Source: Chiloscyllium plagiosum | Taxonomy: Eukaryota | Length of the DNA stretch: 20,000 nt | Direction: 5' to 3' | Assembly: GCF_004010195.1 (NCBI RefSeq) | Contig: NC_057749.1 | Coordinates: 10,125,043 to 10,145,042, forward strand | Shown: in pieces, positions 19,575 to 20,000 of the stretch | Numbering within the stretch: position 1 is the first letter of the stretch | Layout of the letters: each line of letters opens with the position of its first letter | Made by a program: the position numbers and the translations under genes | Notes under the pieces: model-generated | The model's input: only the letters and a program-made list of their open reading frames with translations | Database searches by the model: none | What the model was told of the DNA's origin: nothing

Positions 19575-19863
19575 AGTGCCCCGAGAAAGTTGCTTCTTTT
19601 TCTGATGTGCAGGGTGCACCTTCAGTCGTAATCATTCAGGGGTCGTCCACTGACCAGTGGATAATTGTGCACATATCATTAGCGTGGGTGGGTACCTCGG
19701 CGTTAGGCTTCACTTTGCTCAGTATCATGTCAATTTTTTTTTTATTGTTCATTCTTAGCTGCCCTGGCATGCCCAGAAGCTGCAGTGTCCGACAGCTCCA
19801 GTAAGGGTTAAGGGCCAATAACATCCTATAATCCTATTGTAACACAGGACTAAAGCACATACG

Positions 19864-20000
19864 AGGAGAAAGTGAGGTCTGCAGATGCTGGAGATCAGAG
19901 ATGGAAATGTGTTGCTGGAAAAGCGCAGCAGGTCAGGCAGCATCTAGGGAACAGGAGAATCGACGTTTCGGGCATTAGCCCTTCTTCAGGAATGAGGAAA
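19864..20000 (-). mobile_element. Penelope-like terminal repeat downstream of the SORD stop (runs off window)
   Basis: Near-identical to 14925-15018 and 4728-4779. Confidence 0.88.
19962..19989 (-). ncRNA. Minimal hammerhead ribozyme motif (intact)
   Basis: Minus strand CUGAAGA-A-GGGC-UAAU-GCCC-GAAA-CG-UC. Confidence 0.75.

Overview
Eukaryotic (vertebrate) genomic DNA. The repeat content (HE1/V-SINE-like SINEs, CR1 LINEs, abundant Penelope-like elements) points to a cartilaginous fish, probably a shark; this is inference. The + strand carries six consecutive coding exons of sorbitol dehydrogenase (SORD; equivalent to human exons 4-9) at 632-791, 8259-8377, 10403-10468, 17152-17333, 18446-18567 and 19418-19574. 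All have GT-AG boundaries and splice into one stop-free frame ending ...KCDPDN*. The introns are dense with nested retroelements, plus one Tigger/pogo-like MITE, a degenerate minisatellite and a 352-N gap. The most notable non-obvious signal is about 11 minimal type I hammerhead-ribozyme motifs (CUGANGA-N-stem II-GAAA-[CG/GC]-UH) in Penelope-like terminal repeats. Helices I and II covary across families. Some motifs lie in tiny ORF-less fold-back elements with their own target-site duplications, and one intact copy is on the sense strand of the SORD pre-mRNA. Other oddities: a duplicated 5' splice site after exon 5, a 62-bp-stem hairpin made from a CR1 3' UTR, and an accidental-looking CR1-RT/GIY-YIG read-through frame.
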